DNA from: Bugula neritina
Lineage: Eukaryota > Animalia > Bryozoa
NCBI GenBank assembly: GCA_964035545.1
Contig: OZ037769.1
Coordinates: 11,376,633 to 11,440,632 of the forward strand
Reading direction: 5' to 3'
Length of the DNA: 64,000 nucleotides
Each line of letters begins with the position of its first letter. Positions within the stretch are counted from its first letter, which is position 1. Shown piece by piece: positions 55,407 to 64,000 of the stretch. The position numbers were made by a program, and so were the translations under genes. The notes beneath the pieces are model-generated. The model did no database searches. It worked only from the letters and a program-made list of their open reading frames with translations, and was not told the DNA's origin.

Positions 55407-58400
55407 ATGGCACTCAACTTAAGCATATCTTCTGCAAGCATTTTGATAACAATTTGGGGGTTGGTGTTTGACGTTGGAAGGTAAGTAAAATGTTCATTAT
55501 ATAAGATATTTTCTCACGCTATTTTACGTGGTTATAATAAGTCAACTATTCAAATCACCATGGCATGCTTGTAATGGCTATTTTAAACTGAGATTTAATA
55601 AATTTATTATATCTGTTTTCCAATGTATTGGGAGTTATTTTGTGGGAAAAATATTTGCTTATAGGTAATATTTTGTTAAATCAAAATGATGAAATATCAA
55701 ACTAGCCTTTCAAAGATAAATTTGAGAGGTGAGAAAGTACAGCTTGAAACATACAATTAAATATATTAAGTTGCTAAAACTTTAAAGTTTTAAAAATGGA
55801 TTTGAAATTATACGACAATGGTCAAAATCAGCTTCAATAATCCTACCATGGATTTTATTTTGGGTAGCATTTAAACATATTCCCACAGTAAACACTAGCA
55901 TATCTATAGCTCTATTGTATTTTATTTCAGCTTCATTTTGATATTGAGTTTCCAGTTCTTAGTTTGGTATATTGGCTAGATCGACATGTTGATTTTAAAA
56001 ACCCAAAACTGAATGCACTTGAAGTTGTCATGATTCCACATAATTTTTCCAATCTTCATTTGAAAAACCTCTTTTACATATACAGTATACAGTATACAGT
56101 ATACAGTATATAGTATATAGTATATAGTATATACTATATAGTATATAGTATATAGTACATTATAGTATATTATAGTATATTATAGTATACAGTATATAGT
56201 ATATAGTATATAGTATATACTATATACTATATAGTATATACTATATAGTATATAGTATATAGTACATTATAGTATATTATAGTATATTATAGTATACAGT
56301 ATACAGTATATAGTATATAGTATATACTATATACTATATACTATATAGTATATAGTATATCGTACATTATAGTATATTATAGTATACAGTATATAGTATA
56401 TAGTATATAGTATATACTATATACTATATAGTATATACTATATAGTATATAGTATATAGTACATTATAGTATATTATAGTATATTATAGTATACAGTATA
56501 TAGTATATAGTATATAGTATATACTATATACTATATAGTATATAGTATATAGTACATTATAGTATATTATAGTATATTATAGTATATTATAGTATATAGT
56601 ATACGTAGAGGACAGTGTTTGTAACAGTTATAAACTAATATTTCGTAGTTGTTAAAAAGATACACCGTGCATGTCTGTCCGCATGTCTGCTACCCACACA
56701 AAAACGAAAAGTGTTCACTTGGTTATACTAAAATAGTTACAAAATTCTAAACAAATGTATTCAACTTGCATATACTATAGCTAGTGATTTTATGAAATTC
56801 TTAATTAAATTGAATAAGGATTGTAATGAAATCATATTATGATTATTTTTGTGCAAAGATCCCCTTAGAAAGCAAGAGCTTAACCTAACTACAGTTTAAT
56901 TTCTTTAGTATGAATGATGGAGTCTTTGTGTAGATGATTTGCAATGAAATGGTACTGTGTGAAAATATGTTTGTTTTTTCACAGCTAAAACTATTCTAAT
57001 AACTTGTAAATTATCTTGTGCTCTTAAAGAGCAATAATAATTAATAAAATGATTCCATTTATCAAAACAGGTGTTTATGTAGTTTTTTTTATAATAACTA
57101 TTAATTTGTATAAAAAAGATTATAAATTTAACAAATAAAAAACTGTTTTTGAGATTTAAGATAACAGTGTCTTAACTGATAGACGATTATAGCGGTTAAT
57201 GCCTCATGTTAAAAGTAGCTTGTGTATACCTTCTAAAGTTAGTCTTGATAAGTTATGAAAGTTTGAGACTCCTAAAAAGTTACAGAAAGTAGATCTGCAA
57301 AATCAACAAAACAAAATATGTTAGTTTGATTAAAAGATTAGTATATACCAGAGCCTGCTATTTTATATCAGGTTTTCTAGAAGAAGAGTTTTTTTAGAGC
57401 TTTGATGGTTGTTGGTTTTTCAGAATTTGCTTCGTTAAAACCTTATAAAACATTTATTCAGATTAACAATCGGCAACTTTACATGAAATAAAAGATCATT
57501 TAGTAGCCAATTTCTCTCACCAAGTTTACAAGCTTTGTTGTCTTGTATCTTTTGTCTAACAACTGCTTAACGGTGCCTAAACTTCTTGTTGAGAATTTAA
57601 ATGCTTCTCTTTAGCTGCAATTTTCGCTTCTTTTCTGGTGCAGTTTTTGTGGGAAATTTACCAACTTATACATAGTTGCTTGTATTGAAAGTGATGGTGA
57701 ATCTATTTATATTGAAAATAGTTTCCAGTCATATGGTTGTAGAAAAAGATATTCTTATGGGAGAGAAGGCAATTCTCATTTTTGGGATCTGCAGTGCTAA
57801 TATTATTTTTCAATATGTTGACTGGTTCAATAGATATAAGAATGCACCTGTTTTAACCTAGTATAGAGCGTCCAAACAACCATCAGTTTAAAAGACTTGA
57901 TATATTGTTAAATAAATGTTGAACATATTTTTGACTTCATAAACTGTCACACCACTTCTGACACTAACTAATACAGTTTTTCAACCTTTATATTTGGCAA
58001 ATAGATCATTTTTCTCTGCAAGGAATGATTTTAGGACAAGTAGATTTATTTATTTTTTAACCAGACAATTTTGTCAATCTTCAACCATAACTTTAGCTCT
58101 TTTTGCAAATGGAATTGCCACTCATTCATTTCAACATTCTGGGATACTTTTCTAATCATATGATTAACAAAATCAGTCAGTTTATTAAATATGTAAATAT
58201 GTTTTTTAACAAATATCAATTGTGAATACATCCTTAAGTTGATAATAATTCAGAGTAAATGCATTTTCTCTGCTAGCTGCTACTATTTCTCTCAAATCAA
58301 TAAATTAGTATAACCCAAACCTTGACTGAAGCATACCTCTGCCATATGTCTGCCATATACTCAGGGTTGAAGAAAATGTTAATAAATTAAAAATTAGCTC

Positions 58401-61400
58401 TAGAATGAGTTTGTATCTTCAAGCGGTTGGATATAAATTCAAACTTAATCTAAAATCGTAGCTCTGCACATTTAGTTCTATGATTATGTTTGCTAGTGTA
58501 TAGATTTTATCTTTGCTAACAGCAAGTCTATGTCTGCTACCAAATCAGTGTATTTCACCTCTAAACAGAGTATAGGTGTATGCCGTGAAGGAGGCTTTAT
58601 GCAAATGTAAACTGCAAATAAATATTGTAGTGGAAGCAGGTACCAAGTCAGCTGACATCAACTGTCAATGCTTGGTTCACATGACTGGTAGTGACACCAG
58701 GGACAGTGAATGTCGACTTGACAGCAACTTTGAACATGCTCAAAGTTGCTTCAGGCGAATTGAATTAAACCAAGTTCACATTTTTTCACTTGATTAGATC
58801 AGTTATAGTGGTTGCAAGCTATTGCCTTAGGGCTTAGACAAAGTTGGGCTATGGTACACAGCAATTCTCAATGAAGCTCTCTTGTCTCTAATCATCATTT
58901 TGTGTTATGGTATCATTCTCACTAACTCCTGGTGCTCTACTAAGTGGGTTTCAAAGACTCAGTAAAAAGATTATCAGAAAGTAGTGTCTGATTGTTATCA
59001 GTTGGTGTGATAGGTAGCTGGCTGTTATGTAATCAATTACTTACACAGTTTATAGTCTAAGCCCTAAGGGGTAGATTAAGATTAAATTTTTCTGGGTACA
59101 GAATTAAAGTTTTCCTTCTCCATTAACAGTTTCGAAATAATTTGCTAAGCTCTATCTATTAACTAAGCCACATGGATTCAAAACTGCTTCCACTTTGATG
59201 CATGGGGAGGCAGTAAACATAAGTCCATTAATAATATAAGTGATGCATTGTGTTTTTATAAGTTATACTGGTATGTATAACCTTCTTACAGCAAAAATCA
59301 TAGGTGTACAAAGTGTTTATTTTCTAGCTAAATTTTGTTTTTGAGTTACATGCCATCAGTTAGAGTTGGTGTTGTGTGGTGCTGACAATACGACTGTTAC
59401 GGTATCTGGTAGCTCTTCCAGCCGGTGACAGAATGTCACATTCTTTGGCAGCAATTTCAACTTGCTAGGCCAACATAACAACCAAGCAACAATAAACAAA
59501 GACAAGTATTTTCTTGTTTCTGTATTTGTACCAATCTCCGGAGAATATTAACTATACTTGAATAAAGCAGTTATAATGCCAGTGGAGGAAACTGGGTTTA
59601 TGAAGTTTGTCACAATACAAGTACAAGTCCTCATTTCCACGTTTCAAAAAGGTATTTTGGGTGACATCACCAGACTGTATACTGCCTACTTAATATGTAG
59701 TTGGATCCTTTCTTTGAACAGAACAGTAAAGAGCTATATAACATGAAATGAGTGAGTGTAGGCGTAGATATGAGCACACAGCACCGGTGTTGTAATTGAT
59801 TCATCTTCCTACAGCTATGAATGTAGGTCATGAATGGAGAGCAGTTATATTAATTCTGGTTTCAAAGAGCCAAAAAAGTTACATTATTAAATTTGGAACC
59901 ACGGGTTTACCACCAGCAACTTATTAGGTGCTGCACCTGTAACAAATAGTAGACATACGTCAGATGCCTTGATTCTTGAAGGTATTATGACATGTTGTAA
60001 TATGCTGATGTTTAGATAATTATATTATATGTGATTTAGTGGCAGCAAGTCTGGAATTATAATGAGTATGAAAGACATATCCGCCACCACTGTGCACCAC
60101 CAGTGTAGCAAGCTAGCCTTCCTAAAGTGTGAGAGGAGATTCGAAGAACACGTAGAGGCTGTGGCAGCTTTCAAAGCAAATGATACCCCAAAAGATAAGC
60201 AGGGGCTGTGGTGCCAAGTACTGGCTGTAAGTCGTCTACTTTATCTGCTCAAATTTCTCATTTAGTGCAAAAATTTTAATAGCCAAGTTCTTTACTTCCT
60301 TGGTTTGGGCTCCTGTGTTGAAATCTTCATAAGAGTATAACTTCTTCTGCCACATTTCTTATCAAAAACAAAGTCAAACTTTTCCATGGTTGCACCTCAA
60401 CTTTCTGAATAAACATTGCTTACTAAGTATTGCCCTCAGACAGCAATAGCTATTAAATATTGTATTGAATTATGTACTTTTTTATTTTGGTAGTATGCCA
60501 TACTGTTTGTGATCATAACATTATAATGCCCTGAATTAGATGAATAAATGTAACTTATCTGTTGTATTACTTTCTGTACAACCTAGAAAGTTAGAAAAAG
60601 TCTGTTGGGTTTTAATTGTGTAGCTTCAATTTAAAAGTTGAAGGTGTTTTATAAGCTTGTTATACAACTGTGCCACCATTTAGTTGGGCCTGAGTACTGA
60701 TGTTTAGTTTATAGTTACTGGTATCTTTAGCTTTGTTTCTTAAATAAAAAGTAATGCCATAGTTTTTCTTGTGCTGTCACACAAATTATTGGCATTTCCG
60801 GTAATTAGCATTTCTCATGTGATAATTACTATATATAGCACTCTCAAAGTACACAAATCTTCCGGTACTATGTAATTTAGTTAACCAGAAGTTGCTAAAA
60901 ATACTGAATACACAAAATCAACGAATTGGTAATGGTGGAAATATTGAAACTTGAAATGCTTAAGCACTTATTAACAACCGCTAGTTCTCTAAGATGGGCT
61001 AGTATAGATGAAATTAATGCAGCTTAAATGAAAGCCCATGGTTATTGTGAATAATAAATTGAAGTTATTCAAATTAATTAGTTATTTACTACTATATATA
61101 CAATATATTATTAATCAACATTGATTTTAAGGTATGATTATCATGTCGATTCATCACCAACTATACGTACCATTCTCACTTATGTCCTTAGCATCGCTAA
61201 GAAGTATACTATACCTAGCATCCTACGCTCTCCGCTCTTTGCTCTAATAATATTGCTATATGTTATAGGCTCACGGATCTTGTATGAATGACGTTTTAAA
61301 GAACTGCCTGGCAGACTACCCCACACTCAGTAGTAAGGTCAAGGACTATCTCAAACAAGTTGTGCACAAGGCCTGCTCCCACCAAGGTACTTTCACTGCT

Positions 61401-61814
61401 TGTATCTGCTTTGAGTTCAAACCTTTCAATCTATGACAAACTTTAGTCTTAGTAAAATGTTTATTAGCAGAAAATAGTTTTATAAATCACACTTTTCCAT
61501 GAAATATCTAAATTAAGTCTTCAGAGAAGGTCAGTGCCTCATAGAAATGGGATAATGAAATAATATGCTTGTAATCGTGTTAGTATTTTTGTTTGCAATT
61601 CACTATTTTAGGCGACCCAATTGTGGAGAGCTGTGTGAAAAACATGAAGAGTAAGAGTAAAGAATCTGGGCAATCCAACACGCTGTATGATTTGGCTAAA
61701 GATTGCAGGAAGGCCGACGGGGAAGTAGAGCCCAGCGTGATGCTACTCATTGATCTTCTCAATAATCTCCAAAAAAGTCGGCAGCACCTGTATAAGCATC
61801 TTCCTGATGTCTAG
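55407..61814 (+). CDS. Uncharacterised secreted Cys-rich protein (about 193 aa), RGM-N/neuritin-like cysteine spacing
   Basis: Exons 55407-55480 (signal-like MALNLSISSASILITIWGLVFDVGS, strong AG/GTAAGT donor), 60040-60226, 61269-61386, 61612-61814. Phases 2/0/1 are all compatible. Exons 2-4 are well supported; linkage of exon 1 is inferred. Confidence 0.65.
56079..56603. repeat. AT-rich satellite of TATATAG/TATACAG heptamers and TA(C/T)ATTATAG decamers
   Basis: Direct reading; marker TACATTATAG at 56156, 56263, 56363, 56460, 56553. Confidence 0.95.
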
Positions 61815-64000
61815 TTGCCATAGCAATCGTAACATCCTCCTAACATTAAGTGAGCATGTGTCGCAGCATCTCATTGGTTGCTACAACTGTGACACTGCAT
61901 CTCATTGGTTACTACAACTGTGACATGTGTGTCTCTTGTACAGTGATGTATAATGCTATGTACTGTAACACAACATTGCATAACCTACATAGTGTGTATA
62001 ATAAACATTATATTATTATATGTTATAATATAAGTAAATAATATAAACTCATATTTTAGATACTATTGTATCTTTGATCCTTACAGTTTGAATGAAAGAC
62101 TGTATGCCATAATGTCTTGACTTCTAATTTTCATTCAAACTCTGAAGAAGAAAGTGGTGCATTGAATAGCAGCTTTACGGTGCTAAACTGTCACTTGCGT
62201 TCTGCAGTGTGTCAAACTCAAATGCTGGAAAATATTTTCTACCATATAATATACTCATATATTTTAAGCAATGAACTCATGCAATGGTAATGGAGATATA
62301 AATCACATACATTAAATGAATAACAAATAATACGCATACAACCATTAAAAGTGTACTAGTGTCATAAATTATTAATCCGTATTAATTGTGACCAAGTAGC
62401 AGATAGGTATCATTATCAAATGATGAAGACGTTTGGAATATAAATGTTTCTAAGGAGCATAATAGTCGCTCTAATGGGGTTTATCTTAAAATACTTGTAT
62501 ACAGTTTTATATTCGACCTAATAAGGCATACAACACGAAATAAGTCAGCAATAAGCCCATAAAGTAGATAACAACTACACGCATTCATACTTTGGTTTTT
62601 AATATATTTATGCTTCATGCTACGATATGCTTTACACTAAATGCTTTAAGCTTCATATACATGTGAATTGGCAAGTTCTTCTTAAGCTTGGATGATGACA
62701 AATGCATGGTTGAGGATGCAATATTTTTAGAGTTACAACATTTGGGGCTCATAATGGACTGATATGACTGGAGAACTAGCCTAAGCTACCACCAATTATA
62801 AACAAAATGTATTACAAAAGCACCGCCAGCAAAAAGCAAAGTAGACACAATTAATTTGTAATGTACAATAATTGTAGTATCGCAGCTAATTTTTATAATG
62901 AATGCTTAAAATCAAATAACCAGCAAGTAGAAAGTCTGACAAATTATGTATTATTTATTCATTTGTCCCATTCATAATGCATGGCAACAGCACAAATACT
63001 ATATGATAATGCCATTTTAATGCTTGGTTGAAACAGTAATGATGGGTCAAGATGATTAAAATAAGAAAAAATGTTAGACTTTCCACTCACTAAAATAATT
63101 CATTATTATAATTGTAAAATGTTTTCGAGTTATCTGCCTTCTCTAAGCAACTTCCCTCCGTTGTTGCGAAAATGTATCACTAGGTGATAATATCAATACG
63201 CATTATTAAAACAAAAAAAGATAATAATGTTACAAATAAATAAAATAATATATTGTAAAATTGAGTAAAATTTAAAATTAAGTACAAATATTTTTGTAAT
63301 TTAATAATTATTTATTGTTTTAAACCTAAGGCAATTTTATACTAAATATTTGCGAGTTAGAACATTGTGTATCAAATATAGTGACACGGTCGTAAGCAAG
63401 TGCTCGGTCAAGATTCAAGGTCAAACAAAGCAACGATTGAGATAGGACAGTGTTAGCCAAGACGCAGGTTTTGGTTTTTTATTTTTTTATATTGACGAGT
63501 GCAGACTACAAAAGATGCAGTTAAATTAATTTTTCAAGTGTTAAACTATCAGTGTATGACGTGCATTATAAAGTGAAGACTCGAATTTTGAATGTGGAAA
63601 TTGACTTCGAATTTTTAAAACTAACATTCCAACCTATAGTATTGCTATAGTGTATATCTAAAATTCTATCTAGTATATAGTATATGCCAAATGCACTTAT
63701 ACTGTAATCGTTATTAACTCATCAATTATGGACACAGAAAGCTTCAAACAGCCATTTTTGAAATTAATATACCCCATGGAGCTTTACAACATGCTCAATT
63801 TGTCGTTTGACTACCCTCGTGTTAGTGACCAAAATTATCTTCTGTTACTAGGTTAGTAGACATGACTATTGCCATGTGTTATAAATAATATATGCAACTT
63901 GGAAACTATTATTATAATATCATTAAAATCATAGTTTAAAAAATACCTTCAATATAAATATATATCATTACAAAAGTTACAAATCAGTTATTTTCAAGGC

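Noticed and set aside
57380-58360. Possible decayed transposase on the minus strand
   Set aside because: There are only fragmentary frames, with no recognisable motif, TIR or TSD.
58831-58943. Hydrophobic candidate exon (LLSLIIILCYGIIL) for the secreted gene
   Set aside because: Its start phase is incompatible with the phase-2 donor at 55480, giving an immediate stop, and it has no in-frame ATG of its own.

Overview
AT-rich, intron-containing animal (invertebrate-like) genomic DNA. It is not prokaryotic, and no CRISPR array or rRNA was seen. I assembled eight protein-coding genes by hand from GT-AG exons: GGNBP2 (-), DDX55 (+, head-to-head with GGNBP2), a CPVL-type serine carboxypeptidase (+), TMEM97/sigma-2 receptor (-), an unusual HEXIM-like gene (-), CaMKI (+), NDUFB11 (-) and an unannotated secreted Cys-rich protein (+). 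Repeats include a three-level nested hAT composite with a perfect 8-bp TSD, a tRNA-derived SINE family, two RTE-like LINE 3' ends, a MITE family and several satellites. The three most notable observations are: (1) a degenerate hexamer-period (A-N-T-N-W-N)n tract just downstream of the 5' end of 7 of the 8 genes and absent from their internal introns; (2) a HEXIM-like protein with a duplicated CDK9-inhibitory module in which PYNT reads PENY; (3) a secreted protein with RGM N-terminal-like cysteine spacing but no vWF-D domain or GPI tail. Exon boundaries and homologies come from manual reading and recalled family sequences; no searches were run.
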